27,114 nucleotides of DNA. Origin: an uncultured Planctomycetales bacterium. Its GTDB lineage: Bacteria; Omnitrophota; Gorgyraeia; Gygaellales; Profunditerraquicolaceae. Below, piece by piece: positions 9,143 through 17,726 of this stretch (its first letter is position 1; each line of letters opens with the position of its first letter). The notes below the pieces were generated by a model. The model worked only from the letters and a program-made list of their open reading frames with translations, did no database searches and was not told the DNA's origin. The position numbers were made by a program, and so were the translations under genes. Where the stretch lies: assembly GCA_964421615.1 (NCBI GenBank), contig CAYQXW010000001.1, positions 1-27,114 on the forward strand. Reading direction: 5' to 3'.

Positions 9143-10638
9143 GATTTAGTTATAGAATATTATTATCTGTATTATCTGGGATATTGCTTGCGTTATCGTT
9201 TCCTCGGGTAAATTTTTGGTTTTTTGCTTGGGTAGCAATGATTCCTGTTTTATTCGCTATTGAAGGACAGAAGAAAAGAGTAAGTTTTCTTCTGTCCTTT
9301 ATTTTTGGTTTAGTTTTTTGGGTTTTTAATGTTTATTGGATTATTCATGTAACATTAGTTGGGTTGATATTTTTAGTTTTGTATTTAACTTTGTTTTTTG
9401 CTTTATGGGGAGTGGTGGTTAGTAGTGTAAATTTAGGGAAGTTTGTTGTTGCTAAAGTTTTTTTTATTTCAGCTGTGTGGGCATGTTGTGAATATTTAAG
9501 AGGCATATGTTTAACTGGTTTTCCGTGGTCTTTATTAGGTTATAGCCAAAGTCAGAATTTAATGGTAATTCAGATTGCTGATATTTTTGGGCCTTGGGGT
9601 GTTTCTTTTTTAATTGTTTTAGTGAATATTTTTTTAAAAGAAGTTATAGGCAAAAGGATAAAAATTTATCATTGGATCGGGTTAATAATTATTTTTAGTG
9701 CTGTTTTGTTGTATGGTTTTTATCAGATAAGATACTCCGAAAAAAAAGAAATAAAAAAATATTTAGATATATCTTTAATTCAAGGGAATATTTCTCAAGA
9801 AGATAAATGGGATCCTGCAAAGCGAAAAGATATTATAAATAAATATGTTAAATTAACTTTAGCTGCGTTGCAAGAGGATTCTCAGTTGGTGATTTGGCCT
9901 GAAGCTTCTTGGCCTGTAATTTTGCAGGTAGATTTAAATAAACCGGAAGCTTTTGGAGATTTTTTAAAGGATTCTAAAAGCAACCTTTTAATAGGTGCGG
10001 TTACTCGGGAAGAGGATCTTTATTTCAATAGTGCAATATTATTGAGTGAAAATAAAGTAAGTAAGTATGATAAATTACATTTAGTTCCATTTGGTGAATA
10101 TATTCCGTTGCGAAAAATTTTTCCTTTTTTAGAAACTATAGCTCCTATTGGAGAAATTGAACCAGGGAAAAAATACGAAATATTTGAAGTAGATAATTTA
10201 AAAGAAAAAGTTGTGAATAAATTTGCTGTACTTATTTGTATCGAGGATTGTTTTTCTAATTTAGCGAGAAAATTTGTTAAAAAAGGCGCTCAGTTTTTAG
10301 TGAATATTACTAATGACGGTTGGTATTTGAAGACCTCTGCTCCTTATATGCATTTACAGGCTTCAATATTTAGAGCTGTTGAAAATAAAGTTCCTTTAGT
10401 TCGCGCGGCTAATACGGGTATTTCTGCTTTTATAGATGCTAATGGCCGAGTTGTGTCTGTTGTTAAAGATGGGAATAAAAAAGAAATTTTTATTGAAGGG
10501 AAATTAACTCAAAAAATTAGAATTGATTCTACCCGTAAAACTTTATATACTATTTATGGTGACTGGTTTATTTTGTTGTGTTTTGTTTTTAGCGGATTTT
10601 TAGTAGGTAAAAATTTTAGATTGAGGAATAAATGTTAA
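9121..10638 (+). CDS. lnt: Apolipoprotein N-acyltransferase
   Basis: Multi-TM N-terminus, GFPW motif, and nitrilase-fold triad WPE / K(LHLVPFGEY) / IC(IE), plus NITNDGW and RAANTGIS. The exact start is uncertain (ATG 9121 overlaps secA; TTG 9139 is an alternative). Confidence 0.93.
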   Translation: MLWDQRLRFSYRILLSVLSGILLALSFPRVNFWFFAWVAMIPVLFAIEGQKKRVSFLLSFIFGLVFWVFNVYWIIHVTLVGLIFLVLYLTLFFALWGVVVSSVNLGKFVVAKVFFISAVWACCEYLRGICLTGFPWSLLGYSQSQNLMVIQIADIFGPWGVSFLIVLVNIFLKEVIGKRIKIYHWIGLIIIFSAVLLYGFYQIRYSEKKEIKKYLDISLIQGNISQEDKWDPAKRKDIINKYVKLTLAALQEDSQLVIWPEASWPVILQVDLNKPEAFGDFLKDSKSNLLIGAVTREEDLYFNSAILLSENKVSKYDKLHLVPFGEYIPLRKIFPFLETIAPIGEIEPGKKYEIFEVDNLKEKVVNKFAVLICIEDCFSNLARKFVKKGAQFLVNITNDGWYLKTSAPYMHLQASIFRAVENKVPLVRAANTGISAFIDANGRVVSVVKDGNKKEIFIEGKLTQKIRIDSTRKTLYTIYGDWFILLCFVFSGFLVGKNFRLRNKC

Positions 10639-11783
10639 ACATAATTTTATTAGGTATTACAAGTTTACTGACAGATATTTCTACCGAGATGGTTTATCCG
10701 ATTCTTCCTATATTTTTAGTTGCTCAATTAGGCGCAAGTCCTGCGATATTAGGTGTGATTGAGGGAGTAGCAGAGAGTTTAGCAAGTTTTATGAAGTTTT
10801 TTTCTGGATACTGGTCTGATAAAATAAAATTAAGAAAGCCTTTTACAATTTTCGGGTATACGTTTTCAACTTTAGGAAAATTCTTTTTGTATATTTCTAC
10901 TAGCTGGGGGTATGTTTTATTCGGGCGGATTGTAGATCGTTTTGGTAAAGGGATTAGGACTGCGCCTCGTGATGCTTTAATTGCAGAAACAACTGCTCCA
11001 GAAAAAAGGGGAGCGGCTTTTGGGTTACATCGGGCGATGGATACGTTAGGTGCTTTAATCGGTGTAATCATTGCTTATTATTTGGTTGTTGAATATAAAG
11101 GGCAGATGCGCAATGTGTTTTTGTTTTCTCTTATTCCTGCTGCTTTAGGTGTTTTTATTTTGTTTTTGATTAAAGAAAAAAATAAAGTTGAATTTAATAT
11201 TGAAACCAAACCTAAAAAAATTGAATTGAAATGGTCGAGTCTTGATAAAAGGTTGAAGTTTTTTCTGATTTTTACGTTTATTTTTACTTTGGGTAATTCT
11301 TCTAACCAGTTTTTATTATTAAAAGCAAAAGCGTTAGGTAATCCTTTACCAAAAGTTATATTGTTTTATTTGGTTTATAATGTTTTTTACCTTTTGTTTG
11401 CTTATCCTGCTGCAAAATTATCAGATAAAATCGGACGGAAAAAATTATTGGTTCTAGGATACTTATTTTATGGTTTAGTTTATATCGGTTTTGCTGTTAA
11501 CCGTAATGCAAATGCTTTTTGGGTTTTATTTGCAGTATATGGTTTGTATATGGCTTTTACCGAAGGGGTTGAAAAAGCTTTAGTGGCAGATATTTCGCCT
11601 GTTAATTTAAAAGCTACAGTTATGGGGCTGCATGCTATGTTAGTTGGAATCGGGTTGTTGCCAGCGTCTATAATTGCAGGATTATTATGGAAATATGGCG
11701 GTGCGGAAACCCCTTTTTATTTCGGTGGTTTTATGGGAATTATTGCTAGTATAGGTTTGTGGTTTATTCTTAAAGGATTATAA
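10632..11783 (+). CDS. MFS transporter, substrate unknown
   Basis: About 12 hydrophobic segments, GYWSDKIKLRK and AKLSDKIGRKK motif-A-like loops, and DRFGKGIRTAPRDALI. Confidence 0.88.
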   Translation: MLNIILLGITSLLTDISTEMVYPILPIFLVAQLGASPAILGVIEGVAESLASFMKFFSGYWSDKIKLRKPFTIFGYTFSTLGKFFLYISTSWGYVLFGRIVDRFGKGIRTAPRDALIAETTAPEKRGAAFGLHRAMDTLGALIGVIIAYYLVVEYKGQMRNVFLFSLIPAALGVFILFLIKEKNKVEFNIETKPKKIELKWSSLDKRLKFFLIFTFIFTLGNSSNQFLLLKAKALGNPLPKVILFYLVYNVFYLLFAYPAAKLSDKIGRKKLLVLGYLFYGLVYIGFAVNRNANAFWVLFAVYGLYMAFTEGVEKALVADISPVNLKATVMGLHAMLVGIGLLPASIIAGLLWKYGGAETPFYFGGFMGIIASIGLWFILKGL

Positions 11784-11796
11784 TTTAGGGGTTTAA

Positions 11797-12678
11797 TTAT
11801 TGATTCAGTGGTTCAATATGAATTACTACGTCAGTTACTCCATCAATCTTTTTTTTCAGTTCTTCTTCAATTTGATTGCTAATTTGGTGAGCTTGTTCTA
11901 TATGCATTGAGGGGTTTACTTGTATATGCAGATCAATATGAATATCATCACTACGTCCACGGGTTCTGATTTTGTGGCAGGATTTCACGCCTTTAACAGA
12001 TAATACAACTTCTGAAATTTTATTTTCGTCGGATATAACTGCAGAATCACATAAAACATTACAGCTTTCTTTGGCAATGCCAAAAGCAGAATAACCTATA
12101 AAAACTGAGATTACTATAGTAATAATTGGATCGACGATAGGAAATCCCATTTTAGTTAATGCTAATGCAAATATTACAGAAATTGATGTGAGAATATCCG
12201 CTTTTGTATGCAAAGAATCGGAAACTAAAATATCACTCTTTAATATTTTGCCTTTTTTGAATTCATAATTCATGACCCAGAAATTCACACCCAAAGTTAG
12301 TATCATTACGACAAAACTTAAAAAATCAACTTGTGGAACTTCACCTTTAGAAAATCTTTGAATTCCTTCTTTTGCCAAATTAAAACAAACAACTCCTAAA
12401 GAAACAGAAATTCCCAATGAAAAGAAGGTTTCGAATTTCTTATGCCCGTAAGGATGGTTTTTGTCTTTTGGTTGAGATGCAAAAAAAATTCCAATTAGTC
12501 CGATAATGTTTGATGCTCCGTCTGAAAGGGAATGGAATCCATCCGCAGTCATACTTGAAAATCTAGTGGCAAGACCGTAAAATATTTTTATTAAAGCAAC
12601 TGCCCAATTTAAAATAAGAATTGTAAGAAGTATTTGCGAGATTTTTTTGTATTTATCTTGCGAAGGATTGGTTTGCAT
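11797..12678 (-). CDS. Cation diffusion facilitator (CDF) family metal transporter
   Basis: TM2 HSLSD and TM5 HTKAD metal-site motifs, HPYGHKKFE, and a C-terminal dimerisation domain (IRTRG...DLHIQV...IHIEP). Confidence 0.92.
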   Translation of the reverse strand: MQTNPSQDKYKKISQILLTILILNWAVALIKIFYGLATRFSSMTADGFHSLSDGASNIIGLIGIFFASQPKDKNHPYGHKKFETFFSLGISVSLGVVCFNLAKEGIQRFSKGEVPQVDFLSFVVMILTLGVNFWVMNYEFKKGKILKSDILVSDSLHTKADILTSISVIFALALTKMGFPIVDPIITIVISVFIGYSAFGIAKESCNVLCDSAVISDENKISEVVLSVKGVKSCHKIRTRGRSDDIHIDLHIQVNPSMHIEQAHQISNQIEEELKKKIDGVTDVVIHIEPLNQ

Positions 12679-12684
12679 AAATCA

Positions 12685-12713
12685 ATTATAGGATTTAATT
12701 TAAAAAAATGCAA
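12685..12713 (-). promoter_or_regulatory. Sigma70-type promoter for the CDF gene, probably leaderless
   Basis: On the - strand: TTGCAT (12713-12708), 17-nt spacer, TATAAT (12690-12685). The ATG at 12678 starts 7 nt after the -10 hexamer. Confidence 0.65.
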
Positions 12714-12726
12714 TTAATTTTTACTC

Positions 12727-12755
12727 TCGATTGTTTTATAAGAAAGTGATATAAT
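12727..12755 (+). promoter_or_regulatory. Putative distal glgC promoter (extended -10)
   Basis: TCGATT (12727-12732), 17 nt, TATAAT (12750-12755), preceded by TG at 12747-12748. Confidence 0.45.
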
Positions 12756-12770
12756 GTTTCATTGAAGGTC

Positions 12771-12799
12771 TTGACTATCATTAATAAAAAATATAATAT
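12771..12799 (+). promoter_or_regulatory. Putative proximal glgC promoter
   Basis: TTGACT (12771-12776), 17 nt, TAATAT (12794-12799). An overlapping TATAAT lies at 12792-12797 and an AGGGAG RBS at 12818-12823. Confidence 0.5.
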
Positions 12800-12829
12800 A
12801 GACGCAATAATTTTAATAGGGAGTTTATT

Positions 12830-14089
12830 ATGAAAGATGTTTTAAGTGTTATTTTGGGTGGAGGTAGAGGTACTCGGCTTTATCCTTTAACTAAATATAG
12901 AGCTAAACCGGCAGTGCCGTTAGTAGGAAAATATCGGCTTATAGATATACCTATTAGTAATTGTTTGAATTCTGGAATACATAAGATTTTTATTCTTACG
13001 CAATTTAATTCTGGTTCTTTAAATAAACATATTTTTCGAGGGTATAAACTAGATGCTTTCTCCGGCGGGTTTGTAGAAATCATTGCCGCTGAACAATCTA
13101 ATGAGCAAGGTGAATGGTTTCAAGGATCTGCTGATGCTGTGAGAAAATGTTTGAAGCATTTTAATGATTCGAGAATAAATCATATTTTGATTTTATCAGG
13201 AGATCAATTGTACCGTATGAATTTTGAAGAACTTTTTAAATTTCATATGAGTAAAAAAGCAGAAATTACTATTGCTTGCAATACTGTTAGCGCAGAAGAA
13301 TCCAGTGAACTAGGGATTATTGGTATTAATAAAGATTATAGAATTAATAAATTTGTGGAGAAACCTAAAGACAAAAAAGAGATAAAGGATATTGCTTTGA
13401 AAGTTGACGGGAAAGAAAGATATCTTGCGTCTATGGGGATTTATTTATTTAATAAAGATGTTTTGTTTAATTTATTAAGAAGCAATAATAAAACTGATTT
13501 TGGAAAAGAAGTTATTCCGGAAGCTTTGGCAGCGAATAAAATTAAGATGAGTGCTTTTGTGCATAAAAGTTATTGGAAAGATATTGGATCAATACGGTCT
13601 TTTTATGAGGAGAATTTAGCTTTTTTGAGTGATAATCCGCCGTTGGACTTATACGATGAAGATTGGCAGTTTTTTACAAGACCAAGATTTTTGCCTTTAA
13701 GTAAAATCAGTAATAGTTTTATTCAGCGTTCCGATATAGGTGAAGGTGCGATTATTGAAGATTCTAAAATCAATCATTCAATTATTGGGTTACGCAGTAA
13801 AATAGGATCCGGTACACAAATAGATGATTCAATTGTTATGGGTAATGATTTTTATGAGGAGAATGTTATTAGGAGAGTTAATGCTCCGAGGAAACCTATT
13901 TCTTTAGGTATCGGTAAGAATTGCGTTATCAAAAAAGCAATTGTTGATAAAAATGTGAGAATGGGCGATAATGTAAAACTTATAAATAAGAAAAATGTAC
14001 AAGATTTTGAGAATGAATTTTGTGTTATTAAAAACGGGATTATTATTATTCCTAAGCATACGACTATCCCATCTAATTTTGTAATATAA
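12830..14089 (+). CDS. glgC: Glucose-1-phosphate adenylyltransferase (ADP-glucose pyrophosphorylase)
   Basis: GGGRGTRLYPLT...KPAVPL.GKYRLIDIPISNC, WFQGSADAVR, ILSGDQLY, FVEKP, ASMGIY, DFGKEVIP, YWKDIG, and C-terminal hexapeptide repeats. Confidence 0.96.
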   Translation: MKDVLSVILGGGRGTRLYPLTKYRAKPAVPLVGKYRLIDIPISNCLNSGIHKIFILTQFNSGSLNKHIFRGYKLDAFSGGFVEIIAAEQSNEQGEWFQGSADAVRKCLKHFNDSRINHILILSGDQLYRMNFEELFKFHMSKKAEITIACNTVSAEESSELGIIGINKDYRINKFVEKPKDKKEIKDIALKVDGKERYLASMGIYLFNKDVLFNLLRSNNKTDFGKEVIPEALAANKIKMSAFVHKSYWKDIGSIRSFYEENLAFLSDNPPLDLYDEDWQFFTRPRFLPLSKISNSFIQRSDIGEGAIIEDSKINHSIIGLRSKIGSGTQIDDSIVMGNDFYEENVIRRVNAPRKPISLGIGKNCVIKKAIVDKNVRMGDNVKLINKKNVQDFENEFCVIKNGIIIIPKHTTIPSNFVI

Positions 14090-14099
14090 AGGAGCTGTC

Positions 14100-14582
14100 G
14101 TGGAGATAAAAATAGTTAAAATAAAAAAAACTGATGAGCTTAATATTATAATCGGGCAGAGTCATTTTATTAAGACAGTTGAAGATTTATATGAAGTTAT
14201 TGTGAGTAGTGTGCCGGGGATCAAGTTTGGAGTAGCTTTTGTTGAAGCTTCTGGATCTTGTAAAATCAGAGTGGAAGGCACTGATGAAGAGTTGAAAAAA
14301 CTTGCGGCAGAGAATGCTTTAGAAATAGGGGCGGGGCATACTTTTATAATAATTTTAGGTAACGCCTATCCGATTAATATTCTAAATGCGGTTAAAAATG
14401 TTCCGGAAGTTTGCCATATTTATTGTGCTTCTGCTAATCCCGTGGAAGTTTTGATTGTTGAGTCTGAGCAGGGACGCGGTATTATTGGTGTAATTGATGG
14501 AGCAAAGCCAAAAGGTGTTGAAAATAAAGATGATATCGAATGGCGTAAAGGGTTGTTGAGAAAAATTTCTTATAAACTTTAA
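14100..14582 (+). CDS. Adenosine-specific kinase family protein (DUF355)
   Basis: NIIIGQSHFIKTVEDLYE, FGVAFVEASG, GAGHTF, YPINILN, ASANPVEV, GRGIIGVIDG. GTG start after an AAGGAG RBS. Confidence 0.85.
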   Translation: MEIKIVKIKKTDELNIIIGQSHFIKTVEDLYEVIVSSVPGIKFGVAFVEASGSCKIRVEGTDEELKKLAAENALEIGAGHTFIIILGNAYPINILNAVKNVPEVCHIYCASANPVEVLIVESEQGRGIIGVIDGAKPKGVENKDDIEWRKGLLRKISYKL

Positions 14583-14594
14583 AAACTAAAAATA

Positions 14595-15509
14595 ATGGAC
14601 TTTAAAAAAATTCGTAAAACTTTTATTTATTCTTTGGGAAGAATTGCTTTAACTGTTTGTCTTAATCTTGTGAAAATAATCCCTTTTAAATTTCTTTTTA
14701 CTTTTGCTAATGTTATGGGGACGCTGGGTTTTTATATTGCTTCTAAACAGAGAAAAATTGCATTGGAAAGTTTAAATTTTGCTTTTTCAAAAGAAAAGAG
14801 CAAAAAGGAAATAGTGAATATTGCGAAAAATTGTTTTATAAGTATGGCAAAGTCTGGAGTAGAAATAGCTATTTATATGAATAATAAGCAGCTTATATCT
14901 GAAAAAGTAAGATTTGTAAATAAAGAGAGATTAGATAATGCTTTGGCAAAAGGCAAAGGTGTTATTCTTGTAAGTGCTCATTTTGGCAATTTTCCGTTGA
15001 TGATTGGAAGATTAAGTCAGGCTGGATATAAAGTGGGTGCGATTATGCGTCCAATGAAAGATGCTAAAGTAGAAGAGATGTTTGAGTCAGAAAGAAGGAA
15101 AATGGGAATTAAAGCTATTTATAGCATTCCTAGGAATACTTGTGTTAATAATACTATTCAAAGTTTGCGTAATAATGAGATTGTTTTTTTACCGCTGGAC
15201 CAGAATTTTGGTACAGGCGGAGTTTTTGTGAATTTTTTTGGTAAAAAAGCTGCTACTGCAACTGGGCCGGTGATTTTTGCTCAACGTACTGATGCAGTTT
15301 TGTTGCCAGTTTTTATAGTAAGGCAAAAAGACAATACTCATGAAATTGTTTTTGATGTTCCGTTAGAATTATTAAAAGGCAATGATGAAAATGATGCTAT
15401 TGTTAAGAATGTTCAGCAGATTACTGATATTATAGAATTATATGTGCGTAAATATCCTGGTGAGTGGGGATGGATTCATAAGAGATGGAAAGCACAGGAA
15501 AAAAGATAA
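14595..15509 (+). CDS. LpxL/HtrB-family (lipid A lauroyl/lysophospholipid) acyltransferase
   Basis: N-terminal membrane anchor, SAHFGN, LPLDQ, FVNFFGK, ATGP, and the YPGEWGWIHKRWK C-terminal signature. Confidence 0.85.
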   Translation: MDFKKIRKTFIYSLGRIALTVCLNLVKIIPFKFLFTFANVMGTLGFYIASKQRKIALESLNFAFSKEKSKKEIVNIAKNCFISMAKSGVEIAIYMNNKQLISEKVRFVNKERLDNALAKGKGVILVSAHFGNFPLMIGRLSQAGYKVGAIMRPMKDAKVEEMFESERRKMGIKAIYSIPRNTCVNNTIQSLRNNEIVFLPLDQNFGTGGVFVNFFGKKAATATGPVIFAQRTDAVLLPVFIVRQKDNTHEIVFDVPLELLKGNDENDAIVKNVQQITDIIELYVRKYPGEWGWIHKRWKAQEKR

Positions 15510-15525
15510 AGTTCGAGGAGGAAAT

Positions 15526-15720
15526 ATGGCTGTAAAAGAAGATAAAGCAAAGAAAAATATTTCTGCAGCAATTAAGGTTTTGATTGGTATGGTTTTTTTA
15601 GGATTAGGTGTTTTTTCGATTATAAAATGGTGGAGTTTTGTAGTAGCTTTATTTAAAGGTAGCTGTGGTTTGTTTTTTATTTTAGCAGGTATCATTTTAT
15701 TAGCAATTGCAAAAGAATAA
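15526..15720 (+). CDS. Small two-TM membrane protein (64 aa), function unknown
   Basis: Strong GAGGAGG RBS at 15515-15521 before ATG 15526. Two hydrophobic helices and host-like codon usage. Confidence 0.75.
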   Translation: MAVKEDKAKKNISAAIKVLIGMVFLGLGVFSIIKWWSFVVALFKGSCGLFFILAGIILLAIAKE

Positions 15721-15739
15721 ATTAATATATAGCAAATAC

Positions 15740-15767
15740 TTTACTATTTCTGAAAAAAAGTTATAAT
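15740..15767 (+). promoter_or_regulatory. Putative sigma70 promoter for bioY
   Basis: TTTACT (15740-15745), 16 nt, TATAAT (15762-15767). Confidence 0.45.
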
Positions 15768-15802
15768 ATATTGCATTATAAAAAATGATCAAGGAGAGAA
15801 AT

Positions 15803-16372
15803 ATGGAATTGTTGTTTTCAAAAAAGGCTGTAAACAGTAAAGCTTTAAATAGTTGTGCTGTTTTTGTTTGTTTTGTTTTATTAATTAGTTTATCTGGTTT
15901 TTTAAGAATTCCTTTAGCTTTTAGCCCGGTTCCAATTACTTTGCAGACAGTTTTTGTTTTGTTAAGTGCGGCTTTGTTGACTGGATATTCAGGGTTGGGA
16001 GTTCAAATGAGTTATATTTCTTTAGGATTATTAGGATTGCCTGTTTTTAGTTTAGCTATTGGCGCAGTTGCTTATTTAGCTGGTCCTACAGGTGGATATA
16101 TAATGGGTTTTGTTTTGGCATCATTATTTTTAGCTAAAATGCAAAAATATTTTAAATCTAATTTTGCGCTTTTTTCTTCTTTTGTTATTGCTGATGGGAT
16201 TATTCTTTTGAGCGGTATGTTGTGGTTAAAGATCCTTTTAGGATTGTCAATGGGAAAAGCTTTTGTAATGGGAGTTGTTCCTTTTATCCCAGGAGATTTA
16301 TTGAAAATAATTTTGGCAGTATCTTTATATAAAGCTTTAAAACCTAAGTATGAATTATATTGCAAAAAATAG
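15803..16372 (+). CDS. bioY: Biotin transporter BioY (ECF S-component)
   Basis: IPLAFSPVPITLQT, YISLGLLGLPVF, GPTGGYIMGF, PFIPGDLLK. ATG 15803 follows an AAGGAG RBS at 15791-15796; the track start at 15785 is an alternative. Confidence 0.92.
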   Translation: MELLFSKKAVNSKALNSCAVFVCFVLLISLSGFLRIPLAFSPVPITLQTVFVLLSAALLTGYSGLGVQMSYISLGLLGLPVFSLAIGAVAYLAGPTGGYIMGFVLASLFLAKMQKYFKSNFALFSSFVIADGIILLSGMLWLKILLGLSMGKAFVMGVVPFIPGDLLKIILAVSLYKALKPKYELYCKK

Positions 16373-16392
16373 TTTCGAAAAAGCAATTTAAA

Positions 16393-16421
16393 TTGACAGA
16401 AATATTTAGTCGTGTTAAGCT
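16393..16421 (+). promoter_or_regulatory. Sigma70 promoter with extended -10
   Basis: TTGACA (16393-16398), 17 nt, TAAGCT (16416-16421), with TG at 16413-16414. Confidence 0.65.
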
Positions 16422-16441
16422 TAAATTCAAGGAGGTGTCAA

Positions 16442-16933
16442 ATGAACAAGAGGTCAGTAATGGTGGTTGGCTTAGTCGTTTCATTTCTTCTTTTAAGTGG
16501 TAGCTTTATTTTTGCTCAGGAGAATAGTCAGGCTCCAGCAGTAAAAAATGCTAATGATGAAGTAGAATGGTTGTGGGGAGAAGTTGTTTCTTTAAATGGT
16601 GCTGAAAAAAGTTTTTTAGTGAAATATGTAGATTATGATTCAGATACCGAAAAAGAAATGGCTATTTATACAGACGATAAAACTGTATTTGAAAATGTTA
16701 AAGATTTAAATGAAATCAAGACTCAAGATACAGTGAGTGTCGATTATCTGATGAATTCTGATAAAGCTTTTGCTAAAAGTATTAGCGTGGTAAAAGTAGA
16801 AGAATTAACTGATGCTGAACCTCAGGCACCTGTAAATGCAAATACGAATATTACTGAACAACCTGTTGTAGAAAAAGCTAAAGAAGCAGCTCCAGAAGCA
16901 GCAGTTGTTCCAGCAGTTCCAGAAACAAAGTAA
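16442..16933 (+). CDS. Secreted/periplasmic hypothetical protein with a small beta-rich (OB-fold-like) domain and an acidic Pro/Ala/Glu tail
   Basis: AAGGAGG RBS at 16429-16435. Signal peptide MNKR...SFIFA|Q, then WGEVVSL...FLVKY...IYTDDKTVF...EIKTQDTVSVDY and a low-complexity C-terminus. Confidence 0.75.
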   Translation: MNKRSVMVVGLVVSFLLLSGSFIFAQENSQAPAVKNANDEVEWLWGEVVSLNGAEKSFLVKYVDYDSDTEKEMAIYTDDKTVFENVKDLNEIKTQDTVSVDYLMNSDKAFAKSISVVKVEELTDAEPQAPVNANTNITEQPVVEKAKEAAPEAAVVPAVPETK

Positions 16934-16946
16934 TAAATATAAAAAT

Positions 16947-16974
16947 AAAGGCAGGATTACAATCCTGCCTTTTT
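16947..16974 (+). terminator. Rho-independent terminator
   Basis: AAAGGCAGGAT-TACA-ATCCTGCCTTT perfect 11-bp stem followed by a T run, 13 nt after the stop codon. Confidence 0.85.
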
Positions 16975-16997
16975 AAATTTTAAGTAATTATTAAATA

Positions 16998-17651
16998 ATG
17001 AAAAATAAAAAACTTGAAAATATAAAATTAGTTATTTTTGATTTAGATGGTACGTTAATTAATGCATATCCAGCTATTTATGAAAGTTTTAATTTTGTGA
17101 TGCGTAAATTTAAATTAAAGCTTCAGAATCATTTAGTGATTAAAAGAGCAGTTGGTGGTGGGGATAGAAAATTACTTGAACCTTTTGTTGGACAATGTGA
17201 TGTGGATAAAGTTTTAAATGAATATCGAAAACATCATAAACACAGTTTAGTGCAAAAAAGCAAGTTGTTCCCTAAAGTAGAAGAATTGCTGAAATATTTA
17301 AAAAATAAAGGTTTGAAAATTGCGGTAGCGAGTAATCGTCCAACAAAATTTTCAAAAATTTTAATAAAACATTTAGGGATCGAAAAATATTTTGATATGG
17401 TTTTATGTGGTGATAAAGTAAAGAATATGAAACCTCATCCGGAAATTATTAAGAATATTATGTGTAAATTTAAGATAAAACCTATTGAAACTGTTTATGT
17501 TGGAGATATGGTTATTGATGTTTTAGCTGGAAATAGAGCTAAAGTTAATATGATAGCGGTTAATACTGGATCCAGTACAACAGAAGAGTTAATGGCAAAA
17601 AAACCGAAAATGTTATTAAAGAATGTTTGTTTATTAAGTAAATTTGTATAA
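16998..17651 (+). CDS. HAD-superfamily subfamily IA hydrolase (phosphoglycolate phosphatase-like)
   Basis: Motif I FDLDGTL, motif II VASN, motif III KPHP, motif IV YVGDMVIDV. Confidence 0.88.
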   Translation: MKNKKLENIKLVIFDLDGTLINAYPAIYESFNFVMRKFKLKLQNHLVIKRAVGGGDRKLLEPFVGQCDVDKVLNEYRKHHKHSLVQKSKLFPKVEELLKYLKNKGLKIAVASNRPTKFSKILIKHLGIEKYFDMVLCGDKVKNMKPHPEIIKNIMCKFKIKPIETVYVGDMVIDVLAGNRAKVNMIAVNTGSSTTEELMAKKPKMLLKNVCLLSKFV

Positions 17652-17675
17652 TCTGCTTAAAAATTCCAAATAAGC

Positions 17676-17703
17676 TTGACATAGTAAGTCTTTTTTCTAT
17701 AAT
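17676..17703 (+). promoter_or_regulatory. Consensus sigma70 promoter
   Basis: TTGACA (17676-17681), 16 nt, TATAAT (17698-17703). Confidence 0.7.
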
Positions 17704-17726
17704 AAGTATATAACTTATAATAATTT

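Noticed and set aside
15442-15525. Track's longer 92-aa version of the small membrane protein
   Set aside because: It overlaps the acyltransferase C-terminus. The strong SD points to ATG 15526.
15721-15860. BirA operator for bioY
   Set aside because: No TGTAAAC-N14/15-GTTTACA-like palindrome upstream. A lone TGTAAAC inside the CDS has no matching half-site.
16855-16930. Short repeated CCAG(A/C)AG units
   Set aside because: They simply encode the Pro/Ala/Glu low-complexity tail; this is not a regular tandem repeat or CRISPR array.
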